A DNA stretch of 63,331 nt, filler included, from Octopus bimaculoides (GCF_001194135.2; 5 parts of 4 records of this genome joined end to end with filler, not necessarily neighbours in it), one strand, 5' to 3'. Positions 13,900 to 26,205 are shown, numbered from the whole stretch's first letter. Notes: generated by a model not told the origin, from the letters alone. Made by a program: numbers and translations.

Positions 13900-14180
13900 T
13901 TATTATAAATCTTCCACTGGGACGGCCCCATATTTGGATGTAATTAACACAGACAAATTCACATTTGGAACTTGAGAAAAGTCTTGCATATTTTTACTGT
14001 TCCGCTCACAGATTGCATTTATAATGTACGAATTAATCGGTCGATTTCTCTTTCAGAAAATTCCAGTTTATCTAGATTCTCCTTTAAGCATTTACTAACA
14101 AAACCTAGTGTTCCAATTGTTATTGGCATTTTTAAAAAAATTCATAATCTGGATATAGAAGCAGGAGGTTTCGAAGCTAT
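13900..14180 (-). mobile_element. 3' end of an RLE-type LINE (R4/NeSL-like)
   Basis: LLYPDYE..MPITIGTLGFVSKCLKENLDKLEFSEREIDRLIRTL*MQSVSGTVKICKTFLKFQM*, resembling the PIIVGALG...GTVKI C-terminus of RLE elements. Confidence 0.55.
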
Positions 14181-14777
14181 TGTATGTGTCTATATATGTA
14201 TGTAACAGATATAGTGACAATAATTATGATTATATACAACACAGTGTAAGTAAAAACGCCTGAACATTCAGAAGTGTCTCTCATGTGTGAAGTAGGATGT
14301 AGGTTCTCCGATGCAACTCGAACCATCTATCTATCATCTATTGATCAGTTACGTTATTGATTACCACGACAGTGCGTCTGATTGTATGAAGTAATTCTTA
14401 TGGCCCCGCATACCCTTCAAAGCTTTCACGGATAAACCAACGCTGCTTATTCTCAGTTTGGAAATTATTGCTCTTTTGTCTTAATACCTTGTTTCTATAA
14501 GTTAGCCAACTGGTTTTCATGCCAGTTTGAGTGACACAGAAATTTATGATATTCTTTGCGGTATTTCCTTAGACCAAGGTAACCTGGGCCATCAAGAGTT
14601 AACTGTCCGTATCAAATATCAAATCTCAGTCCCGGTACCGAGATACCAGTAACTGACCGTTTGGTTGGTTGTTAGTCTACCAATTCATCGATCTGTCAGT
14701 AGGCCTATCTGTCTTCCTGACTGCGATTCTGTTTGTCTGCGTGTCCATGTATCTGTTTGTCTGTTTTCTTAATTTTC

Positions 14778-14833
<56 letters not shown>

Positions 14834-15342
14834 NNNNNNNNNNNNNNNNNNNNNNNNNNNNNNNNNNNNNNNNNNNNNNNNNNNNNNNNNNNNNNNNNNN
14901 NNNNNNNNNNNNNNNNNNNNNNNNNNNNNNNNNNNNNNNNNNNNNNNNNNNNNNNNNNNNNNNNNNNNNNNNNNNNNNNNNNNNNNNNNNNNNNNNNNNN
15001 NNNNNNNNNNNNNNNNNNNNNNNNNNNNNNNNNNNNNNNNNNNNNNNNNNNNNNNNNNNNNNNNNNNNNNNNNNNNNNNNNNNNNNNNNNNNNNNNNNNN
15101 NNNNNNNNNNNNNNNNNNNNNNNNNNNNNNNNNNNNNNNNNNNNNNNNNNNNNNNNNNNNNNNNNNNNNNNNNNNNNNNNNNNNNNNNNNNNNNNNNNNN
15201 NNNNNNNNNNNNNNNNNNNNNNNNNNNNNNNNNNNNNNNNNNNNNNNNNNNNNNNNNNNNNNNNNNNNNNNNNNNNNNNNNNNNNNNNNNNNNNNNNNNN
15301 NNNNNNNNNNNNNNNNNNNNNNNNNNNNNNNNNNTATATATA

Positions 15343-15476
15343 TATATATATTTGAAAGAATGAGTAGAAATGGCTTTTTTTGAGGGGCTAATTTTTATTT
15401 TATTATTAATAATAAGATTAAAATAAAATTATCCTCTCAAAAAACCCATTTCTACTCATTCTTTCAAATATATATA
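15343..15476. repeat. AT-rich foldback palindrome (MITE-like)
   Basis: ATATTTGAAAGAATGAGTAGAAATGG is mirrored by CCATTTCTACTCATTCTTTCAAATAT. Inner arms also pair. TA-rich flanks. Confidence 0.85.
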
Positions 15477-15567
15477 ATGCTGCACCAAGAACTTTCTCTT
15501 TCTAATTCTGCTATATATACATATGTGTGTGTATGTCTATATAAACGTACACACACACACACGCACA

Positions 15568-15666
<99 letters not shown>

Positions 15667-15714
15667 GCGCATATATATTTTCCTCTTCGATATAGCCACA
15701 CAGTAATTTTACCG

Positions 15715-15820
15715 TAGCGTAACCAGGATATTCAATTCGTCTGACTAAAACCTTCCTTTCAAGGCGGTGCCCCAGCATGACCAAAGTCCGGTGACTGAAA
15801 CAAGTAAAAGCAAGACAAGA
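15715..15820 (+). mobile_element. SINE D-type 3' fragment
   Basis: AAGGCGGTGCCCCAGCATGACC...GACTGAAACAAGTAAAAG. Confidence 0.7.
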
Positions 15821-16357
15821 GAAAGAACCATTCTTGTTGCAGCAGTCGACACAAAGAAGTAATTTTAGGTAAACTATAATGAGCAACGCATGTATACGTG
15901 CACGCACACGCGCCCATGCATGTTCTTGTCTAAATAAGAACCAATTCCTTCCAGTGTGAAAGTGAGCAATAATCGCCCGCGGCTTCCATAGGATGACAAA
16001 GAGAAATCTCGTTCAAATGCCGGAGATATTCGGACACAGAACGTACTCCGCTGCAGCGGAACAGTGTGAACGATGTCTATCCTAGGCTCAAGTGACACAG
16101 ACTGCGCGCGAACACACATACAAATATGAGTGAAGCAGATTATAGGGAATAATAAATCGGCCCAATCTAAAAGATAATGGTAAATTAAACCTGGGCAGCA
16201 TTTGAACTCAGAACGCGAAGAGTTACAGCTGAGTACCAAAGCCGTTGTTTGTCCATCACCTTTGATTTGCGTGCGAGCATCTACTTATGTGTGCATGTGC
16301 GCGCATGCGCGCGCGTGTCCACATCTATCTATTTGGGTACACTCACATACACACACA

Positions 16358-16588
16358 GGCGGCGAGCTGGCAGAAACGTTAGCACGCCGGGCGAAATGCT
16401 TAGTAGTATTTCGTCTGCCGCTACGTTATGAGTTCAAATTCCACCGAGGTCGACTTTGCTTTTCATCCTTTCGGGGTTGATTAAATAAGTACCAGTTACG
16501 CACTGGGGTCGATATAATCGACTTAATCCGTTTGTCTGTCCTTGTTTGTCGCCTCTGTGTGTAGCCCCTTGTAGGTAGTAAAGAAATA
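16358..16588 (+). mobile_element. SINE family B, near full length, CpG-intact
   Basis: GGCGGCGAGCTGGCAGAAACGTTAGCACGCCGGGCG...GAGTTCAAATTCC (A/B-box-like head), tail TTTGTCTGTCCTTGTTTGTC...GTAAAGAAATA. Confidence 0.9.
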
Positions 16589-17047
16589 ACACATACACAC
16601 AAAGAAATACACACAAACACACACAAACACACACACACACACACACCACACGCACACACACACACACGTATAAAGANNNNNNNNNNNNNNNNNNNNNNNN
16701 NNNNNNNNNNNNNNNNNNNNNNNNNNNNNNNNNNNNNNNNNNNNNNNNNNNNNNNNNNNNNNNNNNNNNNNNNNNNNNNNNNNNNNNNNNNNNNNNNNNN
16801 NNNNNNNNNNNNNNNNNNNNNNNNNNNNNNNNNNNNNNNNNATATATATATATATATATATATAAGAGTATGATATATTTATATTTACACACACAAACTC
16901 ACACACACAAACACTCACAGACGCACAAACTCACACACGTACACACACAAGCATACGAACATGCACACGCGCACATATCTATACATGTATATTTATATGT
17001 ATATTTCGGTAACGCAATCGCATATGTACATATATATATATATATAT

Positions 17048-17080
<33 letters not shown>

Positions 17081-18308
17081 GGAAGAAGGAGGAGCGAATA
17101 ATCATAGACATACTAGTATACTTGTTATAAAAGACAATATGGCTTCCTTCTCTTTGCAATTAAACTTACATAATATTAGATTCTTTTAAACACCGCTTCA
17201 TACAAATATGAACCCCACAGGCTCTCAATCTCGAACTTACACGAAATATGTTGAGCGCATGCGTGATGCACACCTCCTGAAATTACATATTTGAACATAG
17301 GCCTACATGTCCAGTGTATGTATTGCGATTTCGGCATACCATTCGCTGGAAAGAGTCCTATTAAATATACATTTGTGTCGCACGAGGATATGGAAGAAAT
17401 ACATTTAAACACTCGCCGATTCTAACAAACACGCACAGATAAAATTAAGCGTATGTGCGCTCTCCGAAAACTGAAATGCTCTTAGTTATACATATTTATG
17501 TTCATATATATACGAGAGCATGATAACACAAACTCACACACACACACACACTCACACACGCACATTCTCACACACGCACATACACATACAAGCACACAAA
17601 CATGCACACACGCACAAACATATATAGGTAAATGAAGACATTCAGACAGTTACACGTAGTCACTTACGTAGATATCACCGCATAAAGGGCGTAACTCAGC
17701 TATAATTTCATACACCGGTACCAATGCATCCATATTTATGCATAATTATATGTATATATATTTGCGTGCATATACATATGAATACACATGGGTGCGCGCA
17801 CACACACATACACATATATAGGCGTTTACGCATACATATATTATATATCGATATACTTACATACGAATGTATATATGCATATATGCATGTACGTATATTT
17901 CTAAATAAATATATATAAATATATATATGCGTGTGTGTCTATGTACGTACGTCCGTATGCATTTATATATCATATGTATATATATATATAGACATATATA
18001 CACATACATATCTATATATATGTTTATATATATATATACATGTATATATGTTTNNNNNNNNNNTATATATATACTTATACACACACATATATATATAAAT
18101 ATATATCACATATATATATAAATATATATATGCGTGTGTGTCTATGTACGTACGTCCGTATGCATTTATATATCATATGTATATATATATATAGACATAT
18201 ATACACATACATATCTATATATATGTTTATATATATATATACATGTATATATGTTTATATGTATATATATATGCATATGTGTATATATATATATGTATGT
18301 ATATGTAT

Positions 18309-18350
<42 letters not shown>

Positions 18351-18470
18351 TGCGTACATTTGTATATATGATGACACGTACATAGAGAGAGAGAGAGAGA
18401 GAGAGAGAGGAAGGGAGAAAAAGAGAGGTGGAGAAAGAGAGAGAGAGCGGCAGAAAGCGTAAGAGAGAGT

Positions 18471-18510
<40 letters not shown>

Positions 18511-19183
18511 GAGAGACTATCGTGAGAATAAGAAAGAAAGAGACTAACGTAGCAAAGCAATGCTCAGTATATAACGTAGGTTATATTAATCACAACACGT
18601 GTGCGGATAACGTCCATTTTCAAACACAAAGACCTGAAAATTAACTTTTCCTTCAATCTGATATGAGTCCCGTGTCAAGAACTCATTACTCCGCCATTTC
18701 GACGGCTAAGCTCATAACCCCCAGGGGATAGACGCCATCTTGGCGGCTCTCTGCTCATCTCAAGGGAAAGAACGACAGTGATTACTTTTCAGTTAATCTT
18801 TGCAAAACGAGGGATTCATTCATACAGTGATTACATAGATGCATACATACGTACATACCGGCGATCATACGTACAAATACCTACGCGCGCGTGTTTGTGT
18901 AGATGTATCTATATATATATGTGTGTGTATATATATATATATGGTATATATTATATATATGTATATATATTATATATTATATACATATATTGTATATATC
19001 TATATATACATATATATATATATATATGTGTGTGTGTGTATGTGTATATGTATATGTATGTGTGTGTGTATATTTATACATATAAATACATATATATGTA
19101 TATATACATATATGCACACACACACATGTATATATATTTATTTATGTTTTCTCATTCTCTATCTGCACACACACACAAACACA

Positions 19184-19236
<53 letters not shown>

Positions 19237-20178
19237 NNNNNNNNNNNNNNNNNNNNNNNNNNNNNNNNNNNNNNNNNNNNNNNNNNNNNNNNNNNNNNNN
19301 NNNNNNNNNNNNNNNNNNNNNNNNNNNNNNNNNNNNNNNNNNNNNNNNNNNNNNNNNNNNNNNNNNNNNNNNNNNNNNNNNNNNNNNNNNNNNNNNNNNN
19401 NNNNNNNNNNNNNNNNNNNNNNNNNNNNNNNNNNNNNNNNNNNNNNNNNNNNNNNNNNNNNNNNNNNNNNNNNNNNNNNNNNNNNNNNNNNNNNNNNNNN
19501 NNNNNNNNNNNNNNNNNNNNNNNNNNNNNNNNNNNNNNNNNNNNNNNNNNNNNNNNNNNNNNNNNNNNNNNNNNNNNNNNNNNNNNNNNNNNNNNNNNNN
19601 NNNNNNNNNNNNNNNNNNNNNNNNNNNNNNNNNNNNNNNNNNNNNNNNNNNNNNNNNNNNNNNNNNNNNNNNNNNNNNNNNNNNNTATATATATAATATA
19701 AATAATATATATATATACATATATATACATACACACATATACATTCACACAGCTGTTCATAGATACATAAACACAGTTGCAAATGCATAGGTGTAGTATA
19801 TACTTCGACTTTTTACACTGTAAGATGTATACATCTTTAACATCTTTAGGTTTGATTTTACTGTTATTATTTTCTGTTTTATGTTTGTTTCACTCCCTGC
19901 TTCCATATCTCTCATCATATTGTCATCATCAGAACAACTTTGAGACACGCTCTGCATCAGATTCGAACCAGCTATCTTTAGTGTAGAGTTACTGTCAAAA
20001 TATGGTACGTGAAATGAGGTTGGTTAGTAAGCGATTGTGCGATCTGTTTGAACAAACAGCCAAATCATTCTCATATTCAGCAAATCTTCTGAATGTCATA
20101 CAGAGGTGACACTCACACGAACACACACACACGTTTGTATGCATGTGTGTTTATATAGATATTCAAACATACACACAG

Positions 20179-20209
<31 letters not shown>

Positions 20210-20211
20210 TA

Positions 20212-20243
<32 letters not shown>

Positions 20244-20487
20244 NNNNNNNNNNNNNNNNNNNNNNNNNNNNNNNNNNNNNNNNNNNNNNNNNNNNNNNNN
20301 NNNNNNNNNNNNNNNNNNNNNNNNNNNNNNNNNNNNNNNNNNNNNNNNNNNNNNNNNNNNNNNNNNNNNNNNNNNNNNNNNNNNNNNNNNNNNNNNNNNN
20401 NNNNNNNNGTTGCCAGTTTAGTCAATAAAAAAACACGCACTATATATTTTATATTTGTTGTTAATTTGCTTCAGCTTTATTTTACAG

Positions 20488-20542
20488 TAATCGTATTTCG
20501 GCCAGAGTTCTTTAGTCACACTTCTGTGACCTCATCAGTGGG
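20488..20542 (-). ncRNA. Hammerhead-like motif with intact CUGAUGA core
   Basis: CCCA-CTGATGA-G-GTCACA GAAG TGTGAC-TAAAGAACTCTGGC-C-GAAA-TACGATT. Confidence 0.4.
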
Positions 20543-20589
20543 CCTTTGTTTTCTTCTCTCTTGTGTGTCTTTTCTTACTAACGTTCAGT

Positions 20590-20628
<39 letters not shown>

Positions 20629-20634
20629 GTGTGT

Positions 20635-20666
<32 letters not shown>

Positions 20667-20739
20667 ATGCACGTATGTATACATACATATACATACACAT
20701 GTATATGTATGCAGCTGTGTGTGTATGTGTGTGTTTGGC

Positions 20740-20960
20740 ATGTCTTTGTGTCTGTGTTTGTCCGCCATCAGAGCTTGACAACCGCGTTGCTGTGTTTACG
20801 TCCCCGTAACTCTAGCCATTCGGCGTAAAAGAACGATAAAATAAGTACCTGGCTTTAGAAAGTATAAGTTCTGGTGTCGATTCGTTCGACCATAATTCCT
20901 TGAAAACGGTGCCCCAGCACGGCTTCAGTCTAATGACTGAAACAAGTAAAAGATAAAAGA
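20740..20960 (+). mobile_element. SINE D module after (TG)n
   Basis: GCTTGACAACC...TTTACGTCCCCGTAAC...GGTGCCCCAGCAC...GACTGAAACAAGTAAAAGATAAAAGA. Confidence 0.8.
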
Positions 20961-21254
20961 TACACCCACACAAACATACAAACAAATTTGGTCTACTTAA
21001 TTCCAGTAAAATGTCATGGGAAAACCGAGGCTATAATATGAGCAACTAAACTGCTGCACTTTGTGCCTGAATTCATCTCCACTCAGATGGGAAGCTCTAT
21101 GCTCAACCATAATTACTCTTGCGGCAATTTTTTATATCGTTCCTTTTATTTGCAACATATTAACATTTTTATTGGTTTTATACATGGCGGTCTCATTTAA
21201 AGTTTACGGTGTCATTTTCGTTTGCGACATTGCTGAACGCCTAATAAAGCAGCC

Positions 21255-22020
21255 AAGCTGCTACATGTGGGCAGCTGTCAGGTAAGACAGCCATCTTACT
21301 GCAATGTATTTGGTAACTGTCACGTAAGGCAGTTACCCAACTATATGTTTACACGGCTCTCAGGTAAGCTTACACTACTATGTATTACTGTCAAGAGAAT
21401 AGGAAACAAGTAATACGTGAGAGGCGTCGCAACGCTACATGTTAATTAACTCTCAGGTAAAACCGCGTAACTTCTACGTTTTAATTAACTGTCAGGTAAG
21501 TTCGTGTAAGATCAGATACAGTAGACGTAGAGTGAGATGTAAGAAAGCTATCAAGTAAATTAATCACTCTGTAACATATTAATTAACTGTTAGGTAAAAG
21601 AGTCGCATTTCTATGTGTTAATTAAGCGTCAGGTAAATTCAGCTAAGGTCAGGCAAGACACATGCTCTAGTTCACATGAAATGACTGCTAAGCTAAATCA
21701 ATGTCAGAAATGACAGCCACTACACTGCTGCGCATAAGGTTGTCAGGCAACATAGTGAGGGAGTGCCACATGGTAATTCCTGCTCTAAGTCAGAGTAGAC
21801 AGCGAAACCAAGTACATATCTCGCAGTTGTCATATCAAATAGTAACGCTACCATGTGTAGTGCGTCGCTGTCACACAAGATTGTTGTCATACTACATGTG
21901 AATCACTGTCATATAAGAGAAACGAAGGAATTTCTGGACGAGGTAAAAGAATACGTTGGCTACATATCAACTATGATATGAGAAGATCACTCCGCTACAT
22001 GTTAATAACTGTCATCTAAA
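21255..22020 (+). repeat. Degenerate ~40-bp minisatellite with conserved CTACATGTTAATTAACTGTCAGGTAAG core
   Basis: Core variants start at 21275, 21317, 21357, 21388, 21450, 21489, 21548, 21587 and 21626, with weaker copies to about 22020. Confidence 0.75.
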
Positions 22021-22266
22021 TCAGCTTCAAAGCTTCATTTAAATTAAGTTTAAATGATGATGTGAGTGTCTCGTTGGACTACAGCCATGTTGAAATACAT
22101 TAAACCTTAATTTAGAAAAAAAAACCTCTTGAAATTATTCTGTCGATCACTTATTGACTGAATTGGTAATTTACATGGACATAAACAAAGCAATACCGAT
22201 TATCAAGTGACAAAAGACAGCCTAAAATACACAAACACGGTTATGTATAAAGTCTGTCATACCAGC

Positions 22267-22300
22267 CATGACGAAGGGAAATAGCCCTGAAACTCGAGTC
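22267..22300 (+). ncRNA. Minimal hammerhead-like motif with palindromic loop III
   Basis: C-ATGACGA-AGGG AAATAG CCCT-GAAAC-TCGA-GTC. Confidence 0.55.
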
Positions 22301-22873
22301 GCCTTTATATATATATATTTATATTTATATATTTATATATTTGATCCTTTATATTGAACACTCAATATTTCATCTACATTCAATACTTTCTTTCATGGTG
22401 CCATCCATTTTTATTTTATTTTATTTTATATTGTATATTGTATATCATATTATATATTGTATATTCCATATTCTATACCCCACATTAGTTCTGCAGGAAT
22501 ATAAATAAAACATAAAAAACAGACAGTGTTGGAACTCTTTTAAGCAAAATAATATATATATATNNNNNNNNNNNNNNNNNNNNNNNNNNNNNNNNNNNNN
22601 NNNNNNNNNNNNNNNNNNNNNNNNNNNNNNNNNNNNNNNNNNNNNNNNNNNNNNNNNNNNNNNNNNNNNNNNNNNNNNNNNNNNNNNNNNNNNNNNNNNN
22701 NNNNNNNNNNNNNNNNNNNNNNNNNNNNNNNNNNNNNNNNNNNNNNNNNNNNNNNNNNNNNNNNNNNNNNNNNNNNNNNNNNNNNNNNNNNNNNNNNNNN
22801 NNNNNNNNNTATATATATATATATATATATACGTATGTATTTATAGTATATCTGTTTATCTATCTATATACAT

Positions 22874-22907
<34 letters not shown>

Positions 22908-22909
<2 letters not shown>

Positions 22910-23059
22910 GAGTGACAGTGTGGTAAGTAGCTTGCTTACCAATCACATGGTTCTGGATTCAGTCCCATTGCATTGCACCTTCGGCAAGTGTCTTTTTCTG
23001 TAGCCTCGGGCTGACCAAAGCCTTATGAGTGGTTTTGGTGGAAGGAAGCCCGACGTTTA

Positions 23060-23094
<35 letters not shown>

Positions 23095-23585
23095 TCCCCC
23101 TATTCCTCACCCTCTTTTACTATCCTATATCTTTCTCTCCACCCCTACACATTCAGTAATATTATAAAAAGAGACAGATCCTCTGAAGTGAAATCATATT
23201 TGAAGAACCTACAAGAATAGGTGCAAGTGATAATGTTTATAAAACTTGTGACATTAATAAAAATCTGTAAATGTACAACCATCCAGATATCTGAGTACCT
23301 TATTATTTTTTCTAATATATAATTCCTGTACATCACCTCCAAACTTTCCAATATATATGTCTGTGTGTGTGTGCGTGTACATGCTTGTGTGTGTGTGTGT
23401 GTGTGTATGTGTGTGTTTACCCCCCTCCCCCCAAAAAAATTTCTTGACAACCGATGTTGGTTTAAATAAGTACTAGGCTTACAAAGAATAAGTCCTGGGG
23501 TCGATTTGCTCGACTAAAGGCGGTGCTCCCACATGGCCGCGGTCACATAACTGAAACAAATAAAAGAATTTAAGAATAAAAGAAT
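22908..23585 (+). mobile_element. Composite SINE C+D interrupted by about 260 bp of unrelated sequence
   Basis: C head at 22908-23060, insert at about 23095-23355 inside the (TA)/(TG) tract, D module at 23420-23585. Confidence 0.8.
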
Positions 23586-23809
23586 ATATACATACATATA
23601 TATGTATATGCACACACGCACACGCACACACACATACACACACGTGACGAGTTTCCATGCAGTTTGTGCCCAGTTAATTCACTCACAAAGCATTAGTTTA
23701 TCCGATGCTATAGTAGCAGACACATGCCGAAGGTGATGCGAAGTGGGTCACTCGCCGAGATCATACACTTGCAAAGCAAACACTTTAAACAACCTGTCAT
23801 ACATATGCC

Positions 23810-24310
23810 AATGCGGAAGTTTTGAATCGGCTAACATTGGTATCGCCAACCAACTACGGAATCATAAGCCAAAGTGAAAACTTTGAACTAAAGGGAATCT
23901 TGAGCCAGCGAGAGAGTTTTATACCAAAGTGGGAATTTTGAGGGAGCATGAGTCTTCAGTCATAAATAGGGTTTTGAGAGACTTTTGGGGTAGCGAATGA
24001 GTTTCAAATGACGGTTTTCTTGCACCAAAGAGAAGTTTTAAAGCGGAAAAGGTCTTTAATAAGAAAATTACGTGCCACCAAAAAGATCTAGATTTAGTAA
24101 CGAAGTCTTGAGCTAACGAGACTTGAGAAACTTGAACTGGCGTAGAAATTTCGGACCAGAGTTAGACTCTTACACCAATTCGTAAGATTTGAGTTAATGA
24201 GGGAGGTAGTCACTTAGAAAATAAGAACCAACGAAAGCGTTTTAACTCCACGAAAGCGTATTCAGCTAACGAAGTAAAAATCTTGCGATAACATTGAACT
24301 AATGGAGGAA
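23810..24310 (+). repeat. Highly degenerate ~18-20-bp minisatellite
   Basis: Recurrent units such as AAACTTTGAACTAAAG, GAATCTTGAGCCAGCG, GAGTTTTATACCAAAG, TTTCTTGCACCAAAG and AAGTCTTGAGCTAACG. Confidence 0.6.
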
Positions 24311-25668
24311 TTTAACGAATGCATTGCCAAAATTAGAGAACCACTGCATTTGGTGTGCCTGAAGTACCGCCTTTAATATTGGACTGACACCTAAGACAAT
24401 ATTTTCTTTGATATACAAAGATAAAGGTAAGTTGAACTGTATTTGATTACAAGCTTGCTAGATCAGATGTCACCTGGGGTTAAATAATAGCTACAAGGAA
24501 GAAGAAAAAACCTGAACAGTAGCGTGATTTCTGAATGTATCAAGATTTCAGATATAGAAAAAAGAAAAACGGTTACATTGTTGCTTAACTTATGGAACAA
24601 CCTGTACGTGGATTGTATCTGGATTGTAGAAAGAAAAAGACATGTTTCATATCATTGACGAAGAATTAGGAAGAAACACGATCCTTGGGGAATTCTGTTG
24701 TTCGTTATTTCCTTTAATAAAAGACACCTGCACATCAATATCTGATGGCGCACAGGTAGGCAATGAGTATCAATCAACATATGTCTTCATATTCGGCAGA
24801 GAAAAGAGAAAATATGTGATTACATCACAAGCACGCTATTGTCTGCGTGTGTCTGTGTATCTGTGTATCTGTGTATGCGTGAGTGTTTGTGTTTGTGTGT
24901 GTGAGCGTGTGTGTGTGTGCGTACGTGAGTGTGTGTGTTCTTGAGGAAATCATTTAGTGTTTACATATACGTATGTGTCTATGTGTGAGTGTGGTTACGT
25001 TTATACATACAGAAAGGTGTATACATTTACGAATATTGTAGAACATAGGCGCTACACCTTAATTGAAAAAGTGAGATTGTTATGTGACGACATGAAAGTA
25101 TTTCTCTTTCTCTCTCCTCACTCTCTGTCATTCTCTCTCTCTCTCTCTTTCGCTTTTTCTCTCTCTCTCATTCTCTAAAAGATTCTCTCATTCTTTCTTC
25201 CTCCCACACAGTAAGTCTATATAAAAATACATACATACATATATACATCAGTGTGTGCGACTGGCATGTGTATACCTATTAGTGCGTATTACCTGTCTAT
25301 CTATATCTATCTATCTATCTGTCCATCTATCTATCTATCTATCTCTATGGACAGACGGTAGAGGTGTCGGCTCCGTACGTTTTGCCTTTTTTATGTTTTA
25401 AAAAGTTTGTTTGTAAAGTTTATTTTATATAGAAAGTTGTATAACAACTTATAGACACTCTGGTGCAAGTTTTTTGCAACGGAAATCTGCCCTGTGTGGC
25501 ACATTTCCAGGTTTTAAAAATCAATTTCGGCTTTCTAACCATTTTTATTTTGAGACGATGGCGTCTTCTAGCCATGAAAAATTTCGTCAAACGAACGCTG
25601 AATTTTGCAGTGTTTCGTTCGAAAAAGAATTTCCTAGTCTTCCTTCCTCACAGTTAAACGAGAGATGG

Positions 25669-25768
25669 NNNNNNNNNNNNNNNNNNNNNNNNNNNNNNNN
25701 NNNNNNNNNNNNTTAATTAATTAANNNNNNNNNNNNNNNNNNNNNNNNNNNNNNNNNNNNNNNNNNNN
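25669..25768. other. Artificial scaffold linker N44-TTAATTAATTAA-N44
   Basis: Exactly 100 bp, with a 12-mer that gives stops in all six frames. Confidence 0.95.
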
Positions 25769-25994
25769 TTTGTATCCCAGTGTCGCTTTGATGCTATGCA
25801 CAGTTCTCTCACGTAGTAATAATAATAATAATACTGATGATGATGATGATGATATTGTTCGTGATGCATGTGCCTGGTGTTCCCTTATCTGACGGGTAGT
25901 CATGATGGGTATAATGGGCTTCGTATATTTGTATCCCAGTGTCGCTTTGATGCTATGCACAGTTCTCTCACGTAGTAATAATAATAATAATAAT
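25769..25994 (+). mobile_element. Two tandem LINE 3' ends with (TAA)n tails (probably R4/Dong)
   Basis: TTTGTATCCCAGTGTCGCTTTGATGCTATGCACAGTTCTCTCACGTAG(TAA)n at both 25769 and 25928. Family assignment is from recall. Confidence 0.6.
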
Positions 25995-26205
25995 CCTTTC
26001 TACTATAGGCACAAGACCTGAAATTTGGGAGAGGGGACTAGTCGATTACATCGACCCCAGTGCTTAACTGGTACTTAATTTATCGACCTCGAAAGGATGA
26101 AAGGCAAAGTTGTACCTAGCGGAATTTGAACTCAGAACGTAGCGGCAGACGAAATACCGCTAAGCATTTCGCCCGGCCTGCTAACCATTCTGCCAGCTCG
26201 CTGCC
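25995..26205 (-). mobile_element. SINE family B
   Basis: Reverse complement of the 16358-type body. Confidence 0.88.

Noticed and set aside
15900-16110. CpG-rich unique stretch as a coding exon
   Set aside because: No frame gave a recognisable protein and the splice signals are weak.
16358-16450. tRNA genes at SINE heads (also 2330-2400, 11541, 22908, 39528)
   Set aside because: They have A/B-box-like motifs only, no complete cloverleaf that I could fold, and each continues into a SINE body.
21255-22020. CRISPR array
   Set aside because: The repeats are degenerate, the spacers resemble each other, there are no cas genes, and the context is eukaryotic.
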